Below, in pieces: positions 37,888 to 46,336 of a DNA stretch of 64,000 nucleotides. The DNA comes from Candidatus Aminicenantes bacterium (lineage in GTDB: Bacteria; Acidobacteriota; Aminicenantia; Aminicenantales; UBA4085). The stretch's first letter is position 1. Every line of letters begins with the position of its first letter. The stretch lies in the NCBI GenBank assembly GCA_963729855.1, contig CAVSPT010000006.1, positions 933,428-997,427 on the forward strand. The letters run 5' to 3'. The notes below the pieces were generated by a model. It ran no database searches, was not told the DNA's origin, and saw only the letters and a list, made by a program, of their open reading frames with translations. Both the position numbers and the translations under genes were made by a program.

Positions 37888-37935
37888 TTTCTATATCTTG
37901 TGGGTTTTCAGTTTTGTAAATACAACATCTTGTAT
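37888..37935 (-). promoter_or_regulatory. Two tandem NrdR-box-like operators upstream of nrdD
   Basis: Minus strand has ATACAAGATGTTGTAT (37935->37920, 12/16 to acaCwAtATaTwGtgt) and CCACAAGATATAGAAA (37903->37888, 11/16). The centres are 32 bp apart, the usual spacing for tandem NrdR boxes. The promoter-proximal box starts 11 nt downstream of the putative -10. Confidence 0.55.
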
Positions 37936-37946
37936 TTAACGGAGGA

Positions 37947-37975
37947 AATCTAATCTTAACGCGTGGATCTGTCAA
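37947..37975 (-). promoter_or_regulatory. Sigma-70-type promoter candidate for nrdD
   Basis: Minus strand TTGACA (37975->37970), 17 nt spacer, TAGATT (37952->37947). Confidence 0.45.
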
Positions 37976-38045
37976 GTCTTTTTTTGCGCCGCCTTGACAG
38001 AGTCGATCACAAGGACTAGGTTAGGCCGGTCCTGGAGGGGTCAGC

Positions 38046-38810
38046 GTGCCGGAGAAGCCCGTCCTTGTCATCATCCACTCATTCTATGCCAACAGCTTCC
38101 TGCTCCGCGGCATGATCGAATACCTGGAGGATTTCTTTCGCGTCCACTTCATCGACCTGCCCGGTTTCGCCGAGCACGTCCCTCCCCTCCGCCGCGTGGC
38201 CGTCGAGGATTTTTCCGGCTACGTTCGGGAGCGCATCGAATCGCTGGGTCTGGACAGCTACATCCTGGCCGGGATTTCCTTCGGGTTTCTCGTAGCCAGC
38301 GGCATCGAAACGGACGGCCGCTGCCGGGGGATGGCCGCCATCATGCCCTATCTCGACGCTCCCAGCCTCAAGCTGAGCCGGACGAAGAGGCTGTTCTACA
38401 CCCTGGTGACCGAGTCGGCGGTCCGTCTCGGAATTTCCGCGGCGCTCTGGCGGAGCCGGGCGGTCCGCAAGTTCGCCTATTGGTACAGCATCTATCCTCC
38501 GGAGCGGGTGGACGTCATTTTTTCAAGCATGGATCCGGAAACCTTCTTCCGGACGGGACGGCTGATCCTCGAGCGCAGGGCGCCCTTTCCTTTCCGCGAC
38601 AAGCCCACCGCTCTCATCCTCAGCGACCGGGACGGGACGATCTCCAACGACCATGTCCGGGCCGCCTTCGCCGGGAGCATCCCCCGGCTCCTGGTCGTTA
38701 CGACGTCCATCGAACACTATCCGGTCGATCTGAGCAAAGAGCATTTCCGCGAGCGGTTCGCCCCCCGGGATGTCCGGAGGATCGTCCGGTTTTTCGAAGA
38801 CGGGAAATGA
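38046..38810 (+). CDS. Alpha/beta-fold hydrolase
   Basis: GTG 38046. 254 aa. VLVIIHSFYAN.. and a nucleophile-elbow-like ILAGISFGF. Confidence 0.6.
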   Translation: MPEKPVLVIIHSFYANSFLLRGMIEYLEDFFRVHFIDLPGFAEHVPPLRRVAVEDFSGYVRERIESLGLDSYILAGISFGFLVASGIETDGRCRGMAAIMPYLDAPSLKLSRTKRLFYTLVTESAVRLGISAALWRSRAVRKFAYWYSIYPPERVDVIFSSMDPETFFRTGRLILERRAPFPFRDKPTALILSDRDGTISNDHVRAAFAGSIPRLLVVTTSIEHYPVDLSKEHFRERFAPRDVRRIVRFFEDGK

Positions 38811-38828
38811 TCGATCCCCCCGCGGAGC

Positions 38829-39821
38829 CTAGATCGGCCGGTCCTTTTTCGCTTCCCGGAGAAGGCCGCCCATGGCCGCCATGCCGGCGCCGACCCAGAA
38901 GAGGGCCAGGCCGCGCCGGATGAGCGTGGCCGTCATTCCCCGGACGCTGTCGACCCCGAAGAAAGAGAAGAGCAGGACGAAGGTGATCTCGTATGTGCCC
39001 AGGGATCCCGGGATGATGAGGACGACGAAGGCCAGCGTCCCGAGGCTCACGACGAACGTGCAGTCCGGAAGGCTCATCGTCCGGACGCCCAGGAATGTCA
39101 CCGTGAGATAAGTCTCCAGGCTCCATAAAAGCATCGACAGACAGTTCAGGCCGAAAACCCGCAGGACGAGCGTTTTCCGGCCGCCGTAGAAATCGGAGAT
39201 GGCGGCGTCCGTTTCGGCGAATTTGGCCCGGTCCCTCTCGAAGATTCGGGGCCGGATTCCGATCCGGGCCAGAACGCCGGCCAGGACGGAGAACAGCCCC
39301 TGGCGCTGCTTGACGATGAAATACGCGGCGCCCAAGCCGGCCAAAGCGGCGGCGCCGATGAAGAGGGCTTTGTAGGACCCGGGCAGAGAGCCGGACAGGA
39401 GCGTCACGACGAGACTGGCCGCGGCGAAGAGAAGCGCCGTCAGGATCTCCATCGTTTTGTCGACGACCACCGAAGCCAAGGCCAGCCGGGTGTTCTCCGC
39501 CTTGAGCACCAGGACCCGCACCGCTTCTCCTCCCAGCTGCCCGGCCGGGGTCACGTAGCTGAAGGCGTATCCGGCCAGGCGCGACCAGAATAATCTCCAA
39601 AAGGGCGCCCGCCCGCCCCGGCTTTCGAATATGAGCTTCCAGATGTGGGTCCTTTGAATCCAGTACAATCCCCGCAGGGCGAAAAGAACCAGCGCGTTCG
39701 TCCAGGTCAGCCGGCTCAGGGCCGCCCCGATCTCACGCGGACCGATGCGGAGGACGAGATAGACGAAGAGGGCCAGCCCGAGGACAAAGAGGAAAACGAG
39801 GATCGTCTTGCGGGCGGCCAT
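38829..39821 (-). CDS. Flippase-like membrane protein (UPF0104 / lysylphosphatidylglycerol-synthase TM-domain family)
   Basis: ATG 39821 (330 aa). About 8 TM helices. The N-terminus MAARKTILVFLFVLGLALFVYLVLRIGPREIGAAL is typical of this family. Confidence 0.55.
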   Translation of the reverse strand: MAARKTILVFLFVLGLALFVYLVLRIGPREIGAALSRLTWTNALVLFALRGLYWIQRTHIWKLIFESRGGRAPFWRLFWSRLAGYAFSYVTPAGQLGGEAVRVLVLKAENTRLALASVVVDKTMEILTALLFAAASLVVTLLSGSLPGSYKALFIGAAALAGLGAAYFIVKQRQGLFSVLAGVLARIGIRPRIFERDRAKFAETDAAISDFYGGRKTLVLRVFGLNCLSMLLWSLETYLTVTFLGVRTMSLPDCTFVVSLGTLAFVVLIIPGSLGTYEITFVLLFSFFGVDSVRGMTATLIRRGLALFWVGAGMAAMGGLLREAKKDRPI

Positions 39822-39892
39822 GGCTGGGCAGTGATTAGCACGGGCCGGCGGCGCCGTCAAGTCCCGGCCGGCCGCCCCGCGGTCCGGGCCGC

Positions 39893-40498
39893 CTAAGCCC
39901 GGACACCCAGCAGGGCCAACTCGGCGGCCAGATCGGTCTGCGGGCCGAAGACGATCCCGCGCAGGCCCATCCTCTCGGCCCCCTCCACATTTTCCCGGAG
40001 ATCGTCGATGAAGACGGCCTCCGCGGGCCGCGTTTCCGTCAGGCCGAGGACTTCCCGGTAGACCGCCGGGTCGGGTTTCATGACTCCCTGGTCGAAGGAC
40101 AGGACGTAGGCGTCGAAGATCAGGATTTCGGGGAAGCGCCGCTTGATGAATGTCCAGCGCATGACGTCCGTGTTCGACAGGAGGGCCATCTTATAGGAAG
40201 TCCGGAGGCGGAGGTAGAGCTCCAGAACGGTCGGGTTGAGGGTGAAGATGTCGACGTAGAGGGCGTAGAACTCCTCGTACCCGGCCGTGAGATCCAGGAG
40301 ATCCTTGACGTTCTTATAGAAATCCAGCGGCGAGACCGCCCCTTTCTCGAACAGCACGGCCAGGTCCATGTTGTCGTGCGTGACGCGGCGGATGTCTTCC
40401 CGGGACTGCGCGGTATAAGGCGCCAGCCTGCTGAAGAAGACGGTGTTGTCGAAGCGGAGGAGGACGTTGCCCATATCGGAGATGATCGTCTCGATCAT
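39893..40498 (-). CDS. HAD-superfamily hydrolase
   Basis: ATG 40498 overlaps the MFS stop (ATGA). 201 aa. Motifs IISDMGNVLL, LLSNTD and VFIDDLRENV. Confidence 0.8.
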   Translation of the reverse strand: MIETIISDMGNVLLRFDNTVFFSRLAPYTAQSREDIRRVTHDNMDLAVLFEKGAVSPLDFYKNVKDLLDLTAGYEEFYALYVDIFTLNPTVLELYLRLRTSYKMALLSNTDVMRWTFIKRRFPEILIFDAYVLSFDQGVMKPDPAVYREVLGLTETRPAEAVFIDDLRENVEGAERMGLRGIVFGPQTDLAAELALLGVRA

Positions 40499-41826
40499 GA
40501 AGCGGCCGCCTGAGGCCGCTCCAAGCCGCCGCCCTCGCGCCTGTCCGCGCGCTTCAGGAGAAGGGCGAAGACCAGGCCCGCGATGCCCAGCCCGGCGAAC
40601 ATGACGGCGCTGGCCGTGTACGAGCTGGTCAGATCGCGAAGCTTCCCGTTGAAGAAAGGAAAGAGGGCCAGCCCGATGTTCTGAATCATGGTCGTCAGGC
40701 CGAAGGCCGTCCCGACCTTGTCCTTGGGCACGATGAGGGGGATGGTCGGCCACATGGCCGCCGGGACGAGGACGAAGGCCACGCCCAGGGCGATCATGGG
40801 ATAGACCGGGTAGAGGCGGGTCAGGCCCATGATCAGGTGGCTGGGGATCAGGATGAGCGAACCGATGATCATCAGGGTGGCCCGCCGCCCGACCTTGTCC
40901 ACCAGCCGCCCGGCGAAGGGGGCGAAGACCATCGAGGCGCAGATGACGATGCTGGTGATGCCCGGCGCGGTGCTGAACATATGGAGCAGGTTGTAGAAGA
41001 CCTGGCTCAGGAAGCTTCCCGAGCTGGGCGAGACGTCCGGGATGCCCCACTTGGTGGAGAAGAGATGGGTGGACAGGGCGGTGAAGGGGAAGATGGCCGA
41101 ATAGAACGTGACGCAGAGAAGGGTCACGTACCAATAGGAGGGCTTGAAGGCCTTGATATCGGCCAGGACGATCTTGTCGCCGCCCTGGCTCGCTTTCGTC
41201 TTCAGAATCCGCTCTCCGTGCGCATCCATCCAGTTGGCCGCCAGATTGGTGGCCAGGCTGACCAGGCAGAGCAGGAGGGCCGCCCAGAGGGCGTATTTGA
41301 AGTTGCCGAAATAATCGGCGATCATGGCCTCGGTGTTGAAGCTGAAAAGAGTGCCGAGGCGGCTGACGGTCAGGGAGATGCCGAAGGCCAGGGCCAGCTC
41401 CTTGCCCTTGAACCACTTGGACATGAAAGCCATCTGGGAGACTACCAGCGACTCGGACCCCGCCCCGAAGACCAGCCGCCCGGCGAAGAGCATCGTCCCG
41501 GACTTGGACAGAGCCACGATCAGGGCGCCGAGGACGACCAGCGAGGAGAAGAGCAGGCTGGCCCGCCGGGTCCCCAGCTTGTCGGTCAGGACGCCGCCGA
41601 AGAAGACGATGGCGATGGCGGCCAGCGAATAGGCCGAATACAGGCTGCCGATCATCCCGGGCTGGAGATGGAGGGCCTTGATGAGGATGTTTTCGATGGC
41701 CCCGATGCTGTCATAGGCGAAGTAGCTTCCGAACGTCAGCAACGAAATGAACAGCAGCAGGAGGAAGCGGAAGCGGGCCTTCGACGGGTGGAAAACTCCG
41801 GTTGTCGCGGCGGCGGGATCGGTCAT
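40495..41826 (-). CDS. MFS transporter
   Basis: 443 aa with 12 predicted helices (FLLLLFISLLTFGSYFAYDSIGA..). Confidence 0.8.
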   Translation of the reverse strand: MTDPAAATTGVFHPSKARFRFLLLLFISLLTFGSYFAYDSIGAIENILIKALHLQPGMIGSLYSAYSLAAIAIVFFGGVLTDKLGTRRASLLFSSLVVLGALIVALSKSGTMLFAGRLVFGAGSESLVVSQMAFMSKWFKGKELALAFGISLTVSRLGTLFSFNTEAMIADYFGNFKYALWAALLLCLVSLATNLAANWMDAHGERILKTKASQGGDKIVLADIKAFKPSYWYVTLLCVTFYSAIFPFTALSTHLFSTKWGIPDVSPSSGSFLSQVFYNLLHMFSTAPGITSIVICASMVFAPFAGRLVDKVGRRATLMIIGSLILIPSHLIMGLTRLYPVYPMIALGVAFVLVPAAMWPTIPLIVPKDKVGTAFGLTTMIQNIGLALFPFFNGKLRDLTSSYTASAVMFAGLGIAGLVFALLLKRADRREGGGLERPQAAAS

Positions 41827-41863
41827 CGGCGTTCCTTGACTGGGATCTTTACGGGATGCGGCC

Positions 41864-42271
41864 CTATTTCTTGGTCGCGGTCATCGCGGCGGTCATGCCC
41901 ATGTCTTCGATGGAGATCGTGCCGGCCAGTTTGTCGTCCTGATATTTCATCTCGGTCTTGGTCGCCCGTTCCGTCCCGTCGGGCGGCGTCGGGATTTTGC
42001 AGTCGAACTTCAGCAAGGTCCCGTCCCATTCGATGCCCGTCAGGGGGACGGCGGTAAACATGCCGTTCTGTTCGCTCAAGGCGCCCTCGAGCTTGCCGTC
42101 GGTGACCTTGAAATCCAGGGTCAGGTAATAATTCTCGCCGCCGGCATTGACCTCGACGGCCCAGGAGCCTGCCAGCTTCTCGGCCGCGGGCTTGTTCTGG
42201 GCAATCAGGGGAATGCTGGAAACCAGGATGAAGGCCAGGACGGCCGGGATCAGTCGGGACGACGATTTCAT
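41864..42271 (-). CDS. Small secreted protein, unknown function
   Basis: 135 aa. AGGAGG upstream of ATG 42271. Signal peptide (MKSSSRLIPAVLAFILVSSIPLIAQ). Beta-rich mature part. Confidence 0.5.
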   Translation of the reverse strand: MKSSSRLIPAVLAFILVSSIPLIAQNKPAAEKLAGSWAVEVNAGGENYYLTLDFKVTDGKLEGALSEQNGMFTAVPLTGIEWDGTLLKFDCKIPTPPDGTERATKTEMKYQDDKLAGTISIEDMGMTAAMTATKK

Positions 42272-42431
42272 CGGAACCTCCTGCTTGCGGGCATGAATGG
42301 CCGCTCGCGAGCGACTATAGTTTCCACGGAACGGGCCCGAAGATCAAGGCCCATCACGGAATTCCAATCGATACGTTTTGATTTCCTGGGGTCCGATGGA
42401 AAAATGGATGTCGGACAAGCCGCTCCCGGAC

Positions 42432-42466
42432 TAAAAAAAAGGCCGTTCCCCTCACCGGGGACCGGC
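42432..42466 (-). terminator. Rho-independent terminator after the lipoprotein gene
   Basis: Minus strand GGCCGGUCCCC-ggtga-GGGGAACGGCC (10 bp plus one mismatch) followed by U8 (plus-strand A-run 42432-42439). Confidence 0.6.
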
Positions 42467-42535
42467 CCTCATCGGTTTTGAGGCATCCGCTCCGTCGCGC
42501 GGAGCGAGCCGTCCAATCTCTTCCGCTCCACCGCC

Positions 42536-43297
42536 TCAGTAGAGGCCGGCGAAGACGATATCGGCGTGGAAGATTTCCTTGGACTTGCCCCGCTGGTTGA
42601 CGGGCACGCTGTCCTTGATGTTCAGGTAAAAAACGAACTTGTCGAAAAGGCGCAGCTTCTTCACATAATAGCTGGCGTATTCGGAAATGCTGTCGACGAT
42701 GATTTTGGCCGTCTCGGCGTCCTTGTCGCCCAGGACGGACAGGACGGACGGTTTGCCTTCCGCGCCGGCGATGAACTTGGCCCGGATCTTGACCTTGCCC
42801 TTGCCCTCCCAATCGGCGCTCTTCTGGATATTGCTGATTTTAAGGACGGCGAAATCGGCCCGGCTCTTCTGGCTGAAATAATCGGCGGGAGTGTTCTTGT
42901 CGGCGGCGGTGTAGACGTTCTTGAATTGGTTCTGGCCTTCCTTGACTTCGATCGTCTGGGCCAGCAGGAGGGACGGGGTTTCGCGGTTGAATTCGACCTT
43001 CAGCTTGACCTCTTTGTCCAGCAGGGCGGCCGCGTCGAAATTGCCGCTGACGGCGATGTCGAAGCCGGGCATCTGGGACACATAGAAATACTTGCCCAGG
43101 GCGCTCTTGACCTGGCCGGCGATGTCGTTCAAGCCTTCCTTGATGGCCATCTCCTGGGAAACGGGCTCGGCGTTGTCGCCGGCCTTTGCGGCCTCGCCTT
43201 CCTTGGCTTTGGAGGAGCAGGCGGCCGTGGACGTCAGAATGAGGGCGGCGGCCAAAAGGCCAAGAGACAAAATTCCGGCGGTTTTCTTGAAGGACAT
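42536..43297 (-). CDS. Lipoprotein, unknown function
   Basis: ATG 43297 with GGAGG 8 nt upstream; ORF-track 43312 is 5 codons earlier. Lipobox LTSTAAC. 253 aa. Confidence 0.55.
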   Translation of the reverse strand: MSFKKTAGILSLGLLAAALILTSTAACSSKAKEGEAAKAGDNAEPVSQEMAIKEGLNDIAGQVKSALGKYFYVSQMPGFDIAVSGNFDAAALLDKEVKLKVEFNRETPSLLLAQTIEVKEGQNQFKNVYTAADKNTPADYFSQKSRADFAVLKISNIQKSADWEGKGKVKIRAKFIAGAEGKPSVLSVLGDKDAETAKIIVDSISEYASYYVKKLRLFDKFVFYLNIKDSVPVNQRGKSKEIFHADIVFAGLY

Positions 43298-43345
43298 GAC
43301 GGATACCTCCATAATCGATCTTCCGAACGGATGAAAGAGAGGTAT

Positions 43346-43374
43346 TTTATACCATTGAAAATGCGAAATGTAAA
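43346..43374 (-). promoter_or_regulatory. Sigma-70-type promoter candidate for the lipoprotein gene
   Basis: Minus strand TTTACA (43374->43369), 17 nt spacer, TATAAA (43351->43346). Confidence 0.45.
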
Positions 43375-43397
43375 GCCTGAGGAGGGCCGAAAACGGA

Positions 43398-43432
43398 CCG
43401 GCCGGGCGCCGCTCTCGAAGGCGCCCGGCCGG
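43398..43432 (-). terminator. 13-bp GC hairpin downstream of the FecR-like gene (terminator-like, weak U tract)
   Basis: CCGGCCGGGCGCC (43398-43410) pairs perfectly with GGCGCCCGGCCGG (43420-43432). On the minus strand it is followed by uccguuuucgg. Confidence 0.4.
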
Positions 43433-43464
43433 CGGATCTATATGGAAAAGGAGGCTGAAAGCGG

Positions 43465-45405
43465 CTATCTCCAGCGCGCAGAACCGCGGGAGCTCCGGCT
43501 CGAGGATGAGGAGGAAGACGACGAGCTGCGGGAATGGCCGGATCCGGACGATGAACGGGACGAAGAGCTGTAGCCGCGGGACGAAGACCTCGAACCGTCG
43601 CTCCGGGATGGAGCGCTGAAGGTGCGTGAAGGCGCGCTGTAGCTGCGCGCACGAGCTCCATACGAACGGGAGTCTTCATAGCTCCGGGAAGGGACGCTGG
43701 ACGGGCGGCTGTAGGAATTGGAGGAGCCGCTCGACCGGCCGAGCGAACCGGGGGACCCGTATTCGCGCAGGCCGGAGGAGCTTCGGGAGTATGAAGAGGA
43801 GCCGGTCACGCGCGACGGGAAGCTCCGCATCGTCGAAGACGCCCCATCGCCGGAACGGCCGGTCGTCGAACGCATGATCGTGCCGGACGATGTGGAGGAC
43901 CGCCCGTTGCCGCCATACTCGCGGATGCGCCGGCTATTGGAGGAGGCGGAGCCGTTTGCCGAAAGGCTCCGGCTGTTGAGGCTGCGGCTCTCGGCGATGT
44001 CTCGGTCGCGGATGATCCGCGAACCCGACGAAGAGATCGCGCCGGACCGGCCGCGCCCCATGGACGCGCCCAGTTCTTCCGTGCTCAGCCGCCGCCCGTT
44101 GCCCGCATAACCGCCGCCGACCGAGCGCAGGTTTTCCCGGCTCAGAACGGCTGCGGCCCGCGAAGAAATGCCGTCCGCGCGGTTGAGGCCCGGACGGATT
44201 TCGGGCTGATGGGCGCCCAGGTTGATCCGGTCGACGCGGCCGAGGAGACGGTCGGCGCCCAAGGCGGAGCGGTTGATGTTGCGGTCCCAAAGCCGGTTGC
44301 GGTCGACCACGGTCATGGTCCGGGCAAAATGCCGGAAGCTGTAGTATTCGCCGAACCGGTAGCGGCCGTAGAAGCGGTTGTTGTAGATGACGGCCGGATA
44401 GCCCCAGTAGCTCAGGGGACACCAGCCGATGTAATCGCCGTCGTACCACCAGTTCACCCAGGCCGGACCCCAGCCCCAATAGCTGGTCGGGATCCAATAC
44501 CAGCCCAGGCCGAGCCGCCAGCCCCAGCGGCCGTAATGATACGTGCACCAGCCCCAGGAATCCGAGGAGACCCAGGTCCAGCCGATGATGGGATACCAGA
44601 CCCAGCGGCCGTACGAGTACGGGCGCCAGTCGGAGTTGACGCCGCGCGGCACCCAGACATTCCCGTATTCCGCTTCGTTGACCCAGCTGCCGTTTTCGTC
44701 GAGTTCGGTCTCATAATCCGCATACTCGGCGGGCAGGTAGCTGCCGCCGGAGGTCCGGGGGGCGTAGGAGGCGTCGCGGCTTTCGTTCCAACCGCCGAAA
44801 TCGTCGCTCCGGGCCGGGAGGGCGCCCGGCGCGGACGTGAAGCGCCCGTTGGCGGCGCTGACCTGCTGTCCGTCCTCGACGGACACCGAGCCTTCCTCGC
44901 CGGCCGCCTCGGCCGAGCCCGAAATCACGCTGAACTCGGTTTCGCGGTTTTCCCGCACATCGACGCGGTAGGATCCGGCGGTCAGGAGATAGAACGACGC
45001 GTCCGGGGTATGGACTTCGAAGTTTTTCTCCCGATCGAGGGTCTGGACGCGCAGGAAGATGCTTCCAGCCAAGACGTGCAGCTTGGTCGGATCACCGTCC
45101 CGGCCGGGGAGATTGATCAGATCGACCTGGGTATCGTTGTCCAGTCGCAGGTAATTGCGGCGGCCGAGCTGGATCTCCAGGCGGCCGGCGCGGCTGCCGA
45201 TCTTGTCGCCTTGGACGACGACCAGGTTGATCTCACCTTTTTCATAGCCGAGGTCCTGGGCCCTTTGGACGTACACGTCGCCCTGGACATAGCTCATCCG
45301 AGTGTAGCTTCGATCATAATAAGCGGCGGATTGGCCGAAGGCCAGGAAGGGAAAGACCACGGCCAGCGCCGTCAGCGTGCCCCAAAGTCTCTTTAAGCTT
45401 CTCAT
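43465..45405 (-). CDS. Secreted FecR-domain protein with Trp-rich (DUF6600-like) module and long Ser/Arg-rich tail
   Basis: ATG 45405 with GAGAGGAGAAA upstream. Signal peptide (MRSLKRLWGTLTALAVVFPFLAFG). FecR-like beta region (YVQGDVYVQRA..GSRAGRLEIQLGRRNYLRLDNDTQV). Trp/Tyr/Gly-rich block (YGRWVWYPIIGWTWVSSDSWGWCTYHYGRWGW..). The C-terminal part, about 230 aa, is dominated by S, R and G. Confidence 0.7.
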   Translation of the reverse strand: MRSLKRLWGTLTALAVVFPFLAFGQSAAYYDRSYTRMSYVQGDVYVQRAQDLGYEKGEINLVVVQGDKIGSRAGRLEIQLGRRNYLRLDNDTQVDLINLPGRDGDPTKLHVLAGSIFLRVQTLDREKNFEVHTPDASFYLLTAGSYRVDVRENRETEFSVISGSAEAAGEEGSVSVEDGQQVSAANGRFTSAPGALPARSDDFGGWNESRDASYAPRTSGGSYLPAEYADYETELDENGSWVNEAEYGNVWVPRGVNSDWRPYSYGRWVWYPIIGWTWVSSDSWGWCTYHYGRWGWRLGLGWYWIPTSYWGWGPAWVNWWYDGDYIGWCPLSYWGYPAVIYNNRFYGRYRFGEYYSFRHFARTMTVVDRNRLWDRNINRSALGADRLLGRVDRINLGAHQPEIRPGLNRADGISSRAAAVLSRENLRSVGGGYAGNGRRLSTEELGASMGRGRSGAISSSGSRIIRDRDIAESRSLNSRSLSANGSASSNSRRIREYGGNGRSSTSSGTIMRSTTGRSGDGASSTMRSFPSRVTGSSSYSRSSSGLREYGSPGSLGRSSGSSNSYSRPSSVPSRSYEDSRSYGARARSYSAPSRTFSAPSRSDGSRSSSRGYSSSSRSSSGSGHSRSSSSSSSSSSRSSRGSARWR

Positions 45406-45433
45406 GGTTTTTCTCCTCTCACCCTTTCTATAA

Positions 45434-45449
45434 AGCAACTTCCGTGCCA
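45434..45449 (-). promoter_or_regulatory. Sigma-54 (-24/-12) promoter candidate for the FecR-like gene
   Basis: Minus strand TGGCACggaagTTGCT is a full match to TGGCAC-N5-TTGCW. It ends 28 nt upstream of ATG 45405, between the upstream terminator and the RBS. Confidence 0.6.
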
Positions 45450-45523
45450 AGGAAGATCCGCCTGAAAACGGGAAAAATCGGGGGAATATCCGTCCTGATT
45501 CGAGGACAGGTGCTTTTCCCCTC

Positions 45524-45570
45524 AAAAAAAGCCCCCGCCCTCGTCTCGATAAGAGACGAGGAACGGGGGC
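45524..45570 (-). terminator. Rho-independent terminator after the Spy/ZraP-like gene
   Basis: Minus strand GCCCCCGUUCCUCGUCUC-uuauc-GAGACGAGGGCGGGGGC (16 bp with a small internal loop) followed by U7. Confidence 0.7.
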
Positions 45571-45593
45571 GGAGCAGAGTGCGTGTCGACCTG

Positions 45594-46295
45594 TTACTTT
45601 TTAACCTCGGGGCTCTTCGAGTCGGGCGTTTTGTCCTTCGTCGGCGCCGGGCGGTGATGGTGCATCATCGTGCGCATGCCGGGTCCGTTATGACGGCCCA
45701 TCCGGCCGAACCGGAACATCCTCCGCATCATCATTCTCATGCGCATGCCGAAACGCATCAAAGGGCCGCGCATCATCATCCCGCGGCCGAAACCCATGCC
45801 GCCTGGACCGCCCATGGGGCCGGCCATGAATCCGCCCATGAACCCGCCCATCCGGCCCGGGCCCATGAACATCGACCGGCCGTTCTTCAGCTTCTGCAGC
45901 TGTTCGGGAGTGAAGATCTTCTCCATGTCCTTCCGGTTCTTGAACTGGGCCTTGGCCCGGTCGGCCTGGAGCTTGAACATCTGGTCGATCAGACCGTTGA
46001 CCTTGTTGGGGTCGGCCTTGTCGTCTTTGCGCAGGGCCTGCAGGTCCGAACGGTATTTCTTCATCTGCTCGGCAAAGGACTTGTTCTCCGCCTGCCGGGC
46101 CTTATGAAATTCCTTGAGTTTGGTTTCCTGTTCCGGCGTCAGCTTGAGGGCTTCCTTGGCCCGGGCCAGCGGGCCTTGGAAGGCCGGCTTTTCCGATTTG
46201 CCCGGCGCAGGCGCGGCGGCCTGATCCTGGGCGAAGAGGCTCAGCCCGAAGGCGGCCAGCGCGACGAGGACGAGAGGGACGAAATATTTCTTCAT
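45594..46295 (-). CDS. Periplasmic Spy/CpxP/ZraP-family protein with Met/Gly/Arg-rich C-terminal tail
   Basis: ATG 46295 with AGGAG upstream. Signal peptide. LTPEQ and FTPEQ (LTxxQ-type) motifs in helical repeats. The tail GRSMFMGPGRMGGFMGGFMAGPMGGPGGMGFGRGMMMRGPLMRFGMRMRMMMRRMFRFGRMGRHNGPGMRTMMHHH has about 21 Met. Confidence 0.7.
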   Translation of the reverse strand: MKKYFVPLVLVALAAFGLSLFAQDQAAAPAPGKSEKPAFQGPLARAKEALKLTPEQETKLKEFHKARQAENKSFAEQMKKYRSDLQALRKDDKADPNKVNGLIDQMFKLQADRAKAQFKNRKDMEKIFTPEQLQKLKNGRSMFMGPGRMGGFMGGFMAGPMGGPGGMGFGRGMMMRGPLMRFGMRMRMMMRRMFRFGRMGRHNGPGMRTMMHHHRPAPTKDKTPDSKSPEVKK

Positions 46296-46336
46296 GGTGG
46301 ATCTCCTGTATCCCATATCAATCATTTAGACAGGAA

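Noticed and set aside
43626-44548. Alternative-frame ORFs (43626..43877 +, 43718..44110 +, 43934..44548 -) inside the Ser/Arg-rich region
   Set aside because: The low-complexity, repeat-like coding DNA keeps several frames open. Only the minus frame is continuous with the FecR/Trp-rich domains and has a signal peptide, an RBS and a promoter.
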